Assembly: GCA_965637545.1 (NCBI GenBank)
Contig: OZ281495.1
Location: 25,296,001 to 25,360,000 of the forward strand
DNA length: 64,000 nucleotides
Origin: Phallusia mammillata
Lineage: Eukaryota
Direction: 5' to 3'
Under the pieces are notes generated by a model. That model was given only the letters and a program-made list of their open reading frames with translations, made no database searches and was not told the DNA's origin. The translations under genes were made by a program, and so were the position numbers. Positions 1 to 11,411 of this stretch are shown here, one piece after another; position 1 is the stretch's first letter, and the number at the start of each line of letters is the position of its first letter.

Positions 1-3000
1 CAACCGTAACGTTTGACTTCGCTTCTTCCTTGTTTCACGAGTATGGGTCCAAAGTAATCCACACCCACAGACGAAAACGGTGGCTCACCCGGAGTCGTGC
101 GCTCGACAGGTAAGTCGGCCATCATTTGTTTCGAGACTGAAGCATTTCTTCTTCGACAAAACACACAGTTTCCAAGGATTCTTCTTACTGCTACACCACC
201 TCGCACAATCCAATATCTCTGACGAACAATTGCCCAAGTGTGCGACATTCCGGAATGGCAAACATTAGCGTGTACCTCGCGAATAATCAAGGTAGTAATG
301 TGATGTGCGTTTGGGAGAATCATCGGGTGTTTAATTTCAAAGGGGATCGGTGCCCTTTCCAGACGGCCACCCACTCGCAACACACCATCAATCAAAACAG
401 GATTCAGTCTGTGAAGAGCCTTTGAGGGCAGTTTCTTCAAGACTTTCTTCTTTCCGCCGCGTTCTAAGTCTTCACACTTACACAAGGCGTCTATTTCTTC
501 AGAAAACTGTCTTCCTTGAACATATTTGACAATCGCTAGCTCAGCCCTTTCAAGATCAGCGACAGTCAGTCTTTTGGATAGCTGTTGGTTCTTCTGAGAA
601 CGCAGATAGTCAACGAATCGCTGGAGCCAAGCAACTGCCTTCTTTAATTTCTTCCATGAAGAATAGCGACAAATTAAATCATCAAACAAACACTGCTCCT
701 CTGCAACATGTACAGCCAACATTTTCTTCGGTTTCATGTTTAAATATTCCTCGGGAACATCTTTGGTATTCACAGGATTCGTAGGCCAGTGACGTTCATC
801 GCTGCCTAAAAACGAAGGTCCGGTAAACCAACGCTTGTTTTGGAGAAAAGCCTTTACAGTACACCCACGAGATGCGTCATCAGCTGGGTTTAGTGCAGTA
901 GGAACATGCTTCCACTGCGACGCGTCGGATCCTTCCTCAATTTTTGCCAGTCGGTTGGCGAAAAAGGTACAAAAACGCTTATTTACGTTGTAAATGGATT
1001 GCAGAACTGCAGTTGAATCGGTCCAAAACACGGATCGTCCGATATCCAAGTCAAGTTCCTGCCTTAAAACTTGGTCCATCTTGACAGCAAGAGTAGCTGC
1101 GGTCAATTCCAATCTGGGAATAGACACCATCTTCAAAGGCGCAAGACGGGCCTTTCCAGTAACAAAAGAACAATGCACATTGCCTTGTTCATCCACTGTT
1201 CGCAAGTATGCGACTGTTCCGTATCCACAGGAAGACGCATCTGCGAAATGATGCAGCTCGTGCGTCTTGACTTCAAGTCCAGTGGTCTGAAAACACCTTG
1301 TAATCTTAATTTCTGATAGACCTGGAAGCTCAGAAATCCATGCGTTCCATCTCTTTTCTATATCCGGTGGAACTTCCTGATCCCAGCCATAATTTTCTTT
1401 GCAAAGCTCCTGCAAAAGCTTTCGCGCATGTAATATTACAGGCGCAATCAAACCCAGGGGATCGAACAAGGAGCTGACCACGGAAAGTATTCCTCTCCTC
1501 GTTACAGGCTTCTTTTTGACCTTTACGTCAAATTCAAACACGTCGGAGCGAAAATTCCACAACACTCCAAGCACACGTTCCATGTGCTTTACATCAACAT
1601 TTAATATAATGGACTGTACAGATCTATCTTCGGTTGGGACTGACGACAACACACGCTCGCTGTTGCTCACCCATTTTCTGAGCCGAAATCCTCCGAGCTG
1701 CAACAATTCACGCAACTCTCCAGCCAATTTGATTGCATCGTCTTCGTTCCTTACGGACTTCAAACAATCGTCCACGTAGAAGTTTTGTTTCACTGTCGAA
1801 ACCGCTTCAGAACTGAATTTCTCCTTGTTATCTTCAGCAGTTTTCTGCAAACAGTACCCAGCACAGCAAGGAGACGAGGCTGCACCAAATATGTGCACCA
1901 GCATCTGGTAATCAACGGGTTCTTGCGATAAATCGCCTTCAGGCCACCAAACGAATCTTAGTGCAGATGTATCGATCGGATCAACCTTTACCTGGTGAAA
2001 CATCGCTTCTACATCGGCGACAAAAGCAACTGGTTCCTGGCGAAATCGGACAAGCGTCCCAAAAAGACTGTTGAGTAAATCTGGGCCTTGCAAAAGCTGG
2101 TCATTCAGCGAAATATTATGATATCTGGCGGCGCAGTCAAAGACGACCCTCACCTTTCCAGGTTTCTGCGGGTGTACAACCGGGTGATACGGCAGGTACC
2201 AAACAGCGCCATCTTACGGCTCCTTGTCGTCGCCCTTTAAACGTCTGGCATAACCCTCGTTCAAGTAGGTATCCAACGTTTGCTTGTACTTCTCATACAG
2301 CTGCGAATCAGTTTCCAATCGCCGTTTTAAGTATGACAAACGCTTCATTGCCATAGCACGGTTATTTGGCAAGTTTGGAGCACCTGGTCTCCATGGCAAT
2401 CGCAGTTGGTAGTGTCCGTCATGACACTTCACTGAGCTTTCCATCTGCTTCAATGCGTATCTGTCTTCTTTCGACAGTGTCGTTCTGGGTGATAACGCGG
2501 TTTGGCCAAAGTCGCTTTCCCACATGCATTTTATCTGTTGGTGCAACGTTTCGTCCTGCGAGGTTACAAAATTCACCCGTATCTGTGAACTTCTTGAACC
2601 ATTACTATGACAAGGACCTACAAGCGACCAACCGAGCATAGAACGCACGGCACTTGGCTCCTTTCTTCCGCCTCTTCGTTCATCATTTATCCAGAACACC
2701 TCGGGAACGTTCGCTCCAATCAGCAACATGACTTCCCCATGGGACAAGACAGGAAACTCTAAATTACGCAAGTGAGGCCATCGCCAAAGCGACCCTTCCG
2801 GTATTCTGTTTGGGGAGACTGGCAAACTGTCCACGCTCAAAACGTCGTTTAATCGTACGGATTGCTTCCCGTCGAGCGACGCCACCGTTAAATCGACGGC
2901 CAAACCCTCTCTTCTCTGTGACCTATCACTGACAGTGGTCAAGGAGTACGTTGTCTTTCTCCCCCCGACGTCTAGCTGCTCGATCGGTCGTTTGTCACAC

Positions 3001-4995
3001 AAGGTTGTAGTCGATCCTTGGTCCAAAAAGGCGTAAGTTTCCAGCTTTCTACCATTACTGGCTGTAACCATTACCGGCACTATGTTAAGGTACACACTCT
3101 CTGCTTGAGTGCTCATGCAAGTCCAGGTGACAGTTGCATTTGATGATGTGGGTTTCTCTTCTGAGGCCTGCGTAGACGCTTCGCGTACGGGTGCAGTTGA
3201 AGAAGTCTTCCATTCTGTCCAGTGCAGAAGGTTGTGATGCTTTCCACGGCATCCGCCGATGGTGCAAGAGCTTGGTAAACTACATGTTCTTGCTATATGA
3301 CCCTTTACGAAACAATTGTCACACAGCCGAACTTGACGCAGAAACTTTCTTCGCTCTACAAAGGTTTTCCGTTTGAACACGTCGCAATTGCCAAGGTCGT
3401 GTGATTTACTGCACAAAGGACATCCCTGCTTCTGAGGACTTCTCGGTTCAGCCTTACGCTGGTTTCCCGGAGCAACCGATGTCGCATGAGTCGATGCTCT
3501 TGTCCTCGTCGTAGGAGATTTGCTGCGCCTTTTCTGCGTATCTCTGTCCTTCCGAGGACCCAACACTCGACCAAACATCGTGGTTCCAATGTACGCTTCT
3601 TTCTTAACGAATTCAACAAGGTGACAGAAACGAGGCTCTTCCCCATTCCTTTCAATTTTAGCAGCATGTCTTCTCCATTGACTTTGCAGTGCAAACGGCA
3701 ATCGCTTTATTATATTCAGCATATTTTCAAAATTGTTGATGTCTGCGAAGTATCCCAGATGAGTCAGGGTCACTAGACACTCTTCTAATGCCTGTGCTAG
3801 ATCTATCAGTCCGTCAGTATCATCGGATTTCAGATAAGGCCAGTGACTTAGCTTATCCACGTACGCACGTGCGACTATGATAGGACGTCCATACCGCTCG
3901 AATAACAACTCTCGAGCCCTTCGGTAGCCTTCCGGAGGGTCAAGACCAATACAAAAGGCAATCATTGCGTGTGCTTCTTTTCGACAGTATTGGATCAGAT
4001 AATTAAGCTTCACACTGTCGCTGTCTACACGTCGACCAATATTTTCGTCAAAGCTTATCATGAAACGCGTGTACATTAGCGGATCACCTTCAAAATACAA
4101 CAGCTGTGGTCTGGGAAGCTCCATCCCTGCCTTCAAGACTGCAGCAACACGACACAGGTCACTCACCTCCGGCTCATGATTCAGCACTTCCGTTTTTGGT
4201 TTAGGTTCGCAACGCGAGGAGGACGGAATGTCCGTTACCTGCGCTTCTGAACTGCTTCTGTTAATATTGCCGGACTCCTTTCCTCTTTTACTACTTCGAG
4301 TTTGGACTCGGTGTGAAGAGGACTGGTAATTTAACTTGCTTCTCAGGCTGAAATCCAGCAAAACATGACCCAGATGAAGATGTCCTTTCCCATAAGTCAG
4401 CTTCCACTGTGGCAGCTTTTATCTTATGATCAGCTTCGAGAATTTTTAATTGATTTTCAGAGGATTTAAGTAAACTTTCTGCTTCCATCTTTTTCTGCAG
4501 AAACTCCTTTTCCAGAAGTGCGACCTCTTTTCTCACGCGCGCTTCAGTACGTTTGCAACTCGACCTCGAGCTAGCATATGAACCAGTCTTGCTTCTAGAA
4601 CCAAAATCGCTGGCAGACGGTTCCTTGCTTGAGTATTCAGGCGGTTTGGAACGCCTTACTTCCTCTAACCATTCTTCTGTGCGCGCATCAAATTCTTGCT
4701 TGCCACTTCGCAAACTTGAGAGCGCAGCATTAATTTTTCTTCTATCTTTTTTCTTTTTAACAAAATCCAGCCGTGTTGTATGTTTGCCAACACATTCGTC
4801 GTACAGGACATCAATGGCCGAAGTCTTCTCTTTTAACTGTTGCACATTCGAGGAATCAATCATAATTTCCTCTGCATCTTGATATGCCAAGTTCAGTCGT
4901 TTAACTAAATTGTCAAGAGTGTGTTGAGATTCAACCATCTTGATAGCTCTACCAACGATGTTAGAAAGTTCGAAGTTGAAAACCTTTATTTTCAA
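1..4995 (-). mobile_element. BEL/Pao LTR retrotransposon gag-pol (Gag, CCHC knuckles, aspartic protease, RT, RNase H, start of integrase); truncated by the window edge
   Basis: ORF 4995-4291 (Gag N-terminus) overlaps ORF 4361-2214 (CPLCSKSHDLGNC and CDNCFVKGHIARTC knuckles, protease AFLDQGS). After an in-frame TAA at 2216-2214 the same frame continues with [23 protein letters not shown] (1778-1767), RNase [15 protein letters not shown] (about 1260-1205), [17 protein letters not shown], the integrase HHCC region and VGVDYFGP (about 70-45). Confidence 0.97.
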
Positions 4996-5049
4996 CGAGT
5001 TGAAAAACTTTATTTTTCAACAGTTTTTCCGTAAGTTGAAAAACTTTAA

Positions 5050-5530
5050 TGTAACGACCGCTAGGTGCGCAGCCTGGCCCTGCGCCGTTCGTCACACTAG
5101 ATAACCCTTTTTGTAAAACGCGCCCGTCCTACAGCCTGTCCTCCAAGACGACCCACTCTTGCATTTGCAACGAATGTTCTTTTTTGGCGATAAAAGGCAA
5201 CGCTGACGAATAAACCAAGACGACAACGTCAGTAGCAACGGCAACGGTTTTTCTGTAACCACAAATAACATACATAAGCCAGACGTACACATTATGACGT
5301 CATAGCGACAATCACACAATAAGCAGTTTTAACAGTACACACAGGTCTTACTTAAATCCACGTTAATCAGTCACATTTTACATTAAAATTACTTACAATT
5401 ACTCATAACAAGTCAAGTTACTGTTAAAATACACATTAACACAAGTTAAACACAAATCAAGTAAGAACATAAAACATACCAACTGTTGGGTAACCACGGA
5501 TTTACTAGCACGCGGCTAGAGGTTCCACAA
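5050..5530 (-). repeat. Candidate 5' LTR of the BEL/Pao element
   Basis: Begins TGT at 5050 (ACA terminus on the minus strand) just upstream of gag. The right boundary is not fixed because the second LTR lies outside the window. Confidence 0.45.
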
Positions 5531-5955
5531 CTGACAATTCAGCATTTTAGCTATTGCTCTTAACATTTACAGTTTCACTATAAACAAAATAGTCACAAGA
5601 AATTAGGATAAATTCACTTAAATTGAATGCAAACCTAGCAACTAACGCAGCTCACAAAAACGTGGCGTTCAAAGCACATGCTCTGTCGCGGATGAATATT
5701 TCAATACGTCACGAATAAAGGAGAACTTAAATCAGCCAAGCGGAACAATTAATTCTCGCTGTAACAGCACAACTGTTTTATATATGGGTTTCATCCTGCC
5801 CTGTACCGAGTACGAACATCGATTAGGTTTTTTTTTCCGTTTATGGGTCGACTCAGATCATTTTAGGTAAAGCAATTTGTTCATGTTATTGTACTTTTTT
5901 TTATTAATAAATTTCGTCATTTGTTTTGTATTTGTTGACAACTTAGCACATTTAC

Positions 5956-6721
5956 CTTTACATGAAGGTTTTCATCTAGTAAAACATTTGCAGTTTTCAA
6001 ATTAAGGTGCAAAATTTACGGTCTTTGCCCGTGAAGAAACATCATACCTTCGATTAACTAAAACACCAAAACAGTTATAAAATTAGCTAGCCTATTCAGT
6101 TACGATCCTGATCTTGTTACCTCCTTTGCGACTTGACATTTCCAAGGCCAAACTTTCCGTCTCGATGCAGCGGTATTTGTAAGAGGCTTAAGGTGACGGA
6201 AAAAATCAAAGCAAGATCCATTGCTGGCATATTCCATCACAACGCAAAACCCTTTGTCGTTACATTGCATTCCAACCACTTTTATTATTCGATCATGCTT
6301 GAGTCGCCAAAGGAACATCGCTTCGTGTTTAATAAGCTCCCGGTCCCTGTTGTAATTAAAATACGCGACGAGAAAATGTAGAAAAATTCTTTGACTCTTT
6401 TCAACAAAAACTTGCAGATTTCATTTATCGATAAGTTCTTGAATATGTTGCCTATAAAACTGTGGCAAACAGTTTCCAAAGAGATTTACGCAAATTATTA
6501 ATAAAGAGATTTACGCAAATATTATTAAAAGAAAACGCTGCTTACTTTTCATCAATGCAACCATTCAACAGCGTTTTGACTGCAACTTGTTTTACAGCAC
6601 GAGCTTCATCTTTCGTTGTTGTATATTCACACAAGGTTACTTTTCCAAATCCACCTTGCCCAATCGTTTTAATGTATTTCAAATGGTCTTTATGAATTTC
6701 TGGTATTGAAACAGGCTCCAT
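5956..6721 (-). pseudogene. Inverted paralogue of the RIPK-like kinase, exons 1-3 only, inactivated
   Basis: Exons 6721-6546, 6346-6121 and 6057-5956 match plus-strand exons 1-3 with the same phases. Exon 3 has a TAA at 6018-6016, is one codon shorter, and has catalytic HLD changed to HLN (6003-6001). No exon 4 (DFG) is seen before the BEL element. Confidence 0.88.
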
Positions 6722-7738
6722 GATTACAGCAACCAAACTGAGGCTTACTAAAACGATCAATGTCAAAAACTGGCGACAGTCCCTGAAAGTAAATGTTTAT
6801 TCGATCTCTCGTGAAAAAGATTTTTCTTTATCTCGCACTTGCTCATTCAAAAATCGCAAAAAGAACTGACTTGAAGCGAAAGTCGTTAAATTAGAAGCCA
6901 TAGTCAATAAAATCGATAGCATGGCGGAACATTTTGTTTCCAAATTTGAAGTTTTAAAATGTTGCACAAAACATTTTTCCTGGTTAAACATGAATGTATA
7001 CAAATTACAGTTTACGCACAACTCGTCCCGACTCGTCCCGAACCCTGAAGTACAAATAAACTCAAATACAAACAATCGGTCAGTGCCTAGTTTTGCTTTA
7101 AAATTACGAAACAAATATCGGAACCGGGTCTTGCCGAAACCATACAAAAACAAATATATAGCTTACTCTTAATATGGCCCGTAATATATATATCTTTTCC
7201 GTTAATTAAAGTTTTTGCACGTCTTGGGATCCTTCCAGAATCGGACCCCAACTTTTTTACAAATTTAGACACCCCCCTGTCGATTTTACATTGCTGTAAA
7301 AAGATACGGTAAATGATGTGTATATTGTTGGCAGAACATGCAGATATTAAAAACATGCAGTCACCGACATGAAGGGTAAAGAATTCAGAAAATTGTCTCG
7401 TTAGTCGACAGGCTAAATATTAAATGAAATATGATCGTTGGGCACCTCTGATGACCCTTTAAGAAACTTGTGGCACCCAGGGTAACGACTATTTTATTAG
7501 CGTACACATATTCCATACTATTGACTCACGATCGAACATGTAACCATAAAGAAACCTGATGTAAGTTTACAGTGTTTTTTTATCTTCTAAAAAAGGAAAA
7601 CAGTGAAAACATTTTACTGGTGGTATGTTGTCAACAGTCTATATCTGGAATGACTAAATAATGTCACAACCGCTAACGGCGGTGCAACGCATATTTACGT
7701 ATTGTCATTCAAACTGCAAAAAAAAAAAAAAAAAAAAA

Positions 7739-7847
7739 TGGGCAGGAACTTGGCCGAATGGTCCGGCGCGCCTGACCCACATACAGACATAAAAAAAAAA
7801 CCTGATCGGGATTCGGCTCCGGGAGAGTCCTGGGTTCGAACCCCGTG

Positions 7848-7880
<33 letters not shown>
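7739..7880 (+). mobile_element. tRNA-derived SINE with poly(A) tail
   Basis: Pol III A-box TGGCCGAATGG (7751-7761), B-box GGTTCGAACCC (7833-7843), A33 tail (7848-7880). It is preceded by an A21 run (7718-7738). Confidence 0.7.
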
Positions 7881-7882
<2 letters not shown>

Positions 7883-8202
7883 TATATTCTTTTAAGCGTG
7901 AAGAATGTGTGTAATGTTTTTTTTGTACTTAACGGAAGTCCATGTCGAGCCAGGAAAATTTCTTATTACTAAATGATTTTGAGGCTTCAATTTGTAAAAT
8001 AAAATGTTCCGCTTTGTTACCCACTAAGATTTATTGACGTTTCACCTCAGTGACCCTGGCGATTTTTTATTTTAAAACGAGAAACCGCAAGATGGTGAAA
8101 AACTTTTTATGGGAGATTGAATAAACACCCACGTTCGGGTAGTGCTGAGGCCAGTTTTTGGCGTTAATTGATTTGGTGAGCTTCAGTTTGGATGCTGTAA
8201 TC

Positions 8203-10859
8203 ATGGAGCCTGCTTTCATACCAGAAGTTCATGAAGATCATTTGAAATATCTTGAAACGATTGGGCAGGGAGGATTTGGAAAAGTGACTTTGTGTGAATA
8301 TACAACAACGAAAGATGGAGTTCCTGATGTAAAGCGGGTTGCAGTCAAAACGCTGTTGAATGGTTTCATTAATAAAAAGTAAGCAGCTTTTTCTTTTAAA
8401 TATGTTTTTACTTGTGTTAATTGTTTCGAAAACTGTTTGCCACAGTTTAATAGGAACAAATTTGTTGACAAATGTAATCTAATACTGTATCTGGAAATGA
8501 ATCAAAGAATGTATTCTACTTATTACCATCACGTATTATAATTACAACAGGGACCGGGAGCTTATTAAACACGAATCAGAGCTTCTTTGGCGACTCAAGC
8601 ACGATCGAATAGTAAACATGGTGGGAATACAATGTAACGATGATGGGTTTTGTATTTTGATGGAATATGCCAGCAATGGATCTTGCTTTGATTTTTTCCG
8701 GCACCTTCGATCTTTTACAAACACCGCTGCAAAGAGACGGAACGTTTGGCCTTGGAAATGTCGAGTCGCCAAAGAGGTAACAAAATCAAAGGAAACATAA
8801 CTGAATAACTAGTGTTATGACTGTTTTGGAGTTTTAGTTGATCGAAGGTATGATGTTTCTTCACGGGCAAAGATCAAAGAAAATTTTGCACCTTGATTTG
8901 AAAGCTGCAAATGTTTTACTCGATGAAAACCTTCATGTAAAGGTAAATGTGCTCTTAGTTGTTAACAATACATTAACTTAAACAGATCGCTTTATTCAAG
9001 CTTTAAAAAAATCCATTTAAATTTTATTACGGCAACAAACACTTGTACAATCACTATAGTAGGTTGCTCGACATACATGTCTAAACAACATTAAGTCTTC
9101 CAGGCAACCAATTGTCATCGTGTGGGGCAACGGAAATAATAAAAAAACAATTGCGTAATATATTAACCAGCTGGGTAAGGAGTTTTTCGAAGTTTAGTTT
9201 AGAGTAGACGGTTTGAAACCTGATTGACGTTTTTATTATAGGCCAGCCAGGGTAAAAACCACATTAAACTATATTTGTTTTTAGATTTGCGACTTTGGTC
9301 TTTCACAAATGCACACTCTATCAGCTCTATCAGGATCTGTGTGTGTTTACCACTTACCTGGTAAGACCTTGTTATCACATTAAATCTATAGTAAGTCCTA
9401 ATTGTCGCCAGAAAAGTGGCAAATCTAAACCGATTGTGTAAACCGATTCAACCAATTCTAAAACTTTGCAATATAACTGTTTTGCACTCCAGGAGAGGAG
9501 GTAAAACAGCAGAAAGGCAAAGTTGGCGGAACATTTAGTCACATTGCTCCAGAACATTTGATTGACCCAAACCGAAAACCTACAGAAAAGTCTGATACAT
9601 ACAGGTTGTTTACTATACTCTAAAGTTGAATGATCTGAAACTGTTCTTTTGAACATATTACATGAGTCAAAGGTTTATCTAAATCCTAACTTAATTAATA
9701 CGGTACGCCAAATCGTTTGTTTTAAAATCATGTCACCAATGCGAAAACACAAGTCCATGCCGAAAACACACACAAGCTATAAAAGCATACCATAAAAAAA
9801 TACTTCTGTTTTGTTGTGCTAATACAAAATGGAGTCCAGTCGAAAAAATTGACGAAATGATCTAGTAACGGAGAATAAGAACAATATAATTTATATATTT
9901 AGCTTTAACAATTAATGTGCGTCGCAAACTTTTGTGCAGCACTTTTCATTTCCTTTTATGCTTCAGCTTTGGCATCTTTATTTGGGAGTTGCTTACTAAC
10001 GGTGTCCCGTACCAAAGTAAGAAAACTTGCCTGTCATTTTTTTTTCAATCCCTATCACCTTGCAACACCTTCTTGTTTGTAGATACTTTAAACAACAAGT
10101 TGATTCCTGAAATGGTAAAGCAAAAAAATCGCCCTGATACAAATCAAATTCCTGAAGATGCTCCCAATTTCCTAAAGGAAATGATGGCGCAAAGTTGGGC
10201 TCACAATCCCGAAGATCGTCCATCGTTTGTTGGTAATTCTATCCCATTCAACTGTACCAATTTTCTTTTTTTATTTTCATTTTGTGGGAATATCTACATT
10301 TTTGTTTTTCCAATAGGCATGTTTTTCCTGTATGTATCAATAATGGCATGTATTTTAGAACTTGACAGAAACCTAAAACCACATTTCGATTCCATTGCCC
10401 CACTGGTAGAAGAGTCGACTCAGACCGTTAAAATCAGAAAGGTTTGTTACCAATGGTAACTTACCATAACATAAAATCTCCAGTAAAAATCTATTCATAA
10501 AGTTTGTGTCTTATGTAGCATCCATCGGTCTGTAATGGATCAACTCCCAACACAAGCAATTTGGAAATTTCCAGTATTTCTCTCAGTAAGTTGCCCCTAA
10601 CTGTTTTGCAGTTTTTTCAATTTTCTGATGTTTTCTCCTAACTTTTTCACCTTGTGTATTGCAAAATCCCTGTATTTTAGGCGCTGACAGGGCAATTCGT
10701 GGAAGAAACAATGCAAACGACTTTGAAAACTCCAGTCTCTCGCTTAGTCGGTCGCAAGTTCGCTGGCAAGCACCTTCTCCTAACCGACATAACACAGACA
10801 GTGGTTATCGTTCTGCGATTGGCGCTGCACCTAAGAACAGAGGAATGGAAGTCTTATAG
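8203..10859 (+). CDS. RIPK/TKL-like Ser/Thr protein kinase, 10 exons
   Basis: Exons 8203-8378, 8551-8776, 8838-8942, 9285-9360, 9493-9604, 9967-10016, 10083-10232, 10359-10441, 10519-10585 and 10681-10859, all GT-AG and in phase. Motifs: IGQGGFGKV, VAVK, VMEY-like hinge LMEYASNGS, HLDLKAANVLL, ICDFGL, GTFSHIAPE, SFGIFIWELLT, WAHNPEDRPSF. Confidence 0.9.
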
Positions 10860-11411
10860 TCAAATCTCCACGGGGTGATTGCTATTTACGGCCTTCATAA
10901 AATTTTAAACTTTTACTTGAAATAACCAACAGACGCAACGCTTCCCGGAGGTTGTTTGACATACAAACCACAAATTTTATACGTTTGGTTTGAAGGACTT
11001 ATTCCTCTTAACAATACTTTCTCAACATACCGCTGGGACTTTAAATGTCAAATAAGCCATAAAAGCAATTCCGAGTCCTGCAAGCAAATTTTGTAAAAAT
11101 TTTGCCCGGACAAAGGGTAACAAATGTTTACTACACTACTAAACAAATATCAAGTTCTTGATGGTGAAATTTCGTTCCGACGATATTTCATTGAAAGATT
11201 TATTCAATGGCAAACATGGCCACTGGCACAAAGGGACAAGAGAAGGGCACTCGTATAAATCACTACTTTACATAATAATCCATGCATGTAAGAAAGTATT
11301 TGCAAAAAATTGCCCTCCCTTGCCAAATTTCTCGTCGGCTCCATGCATGGTAACAAACAGTGTATATAGAGTTGTTGTTTTGTTACACGTACTTTCTTTT
11401 TGCAGCAAGCA

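Noticed and set aside
80-3776. Plus-strand ORFs over the BEL element
   Set aside because: Antisense shadows of the gag-pol frame.
6478-6530. 25-bp tandem repeat AAAGAGATTTACGCAAA
   Set aside because: A local slippage duplication in the pseudogene intron with no further significance evident.
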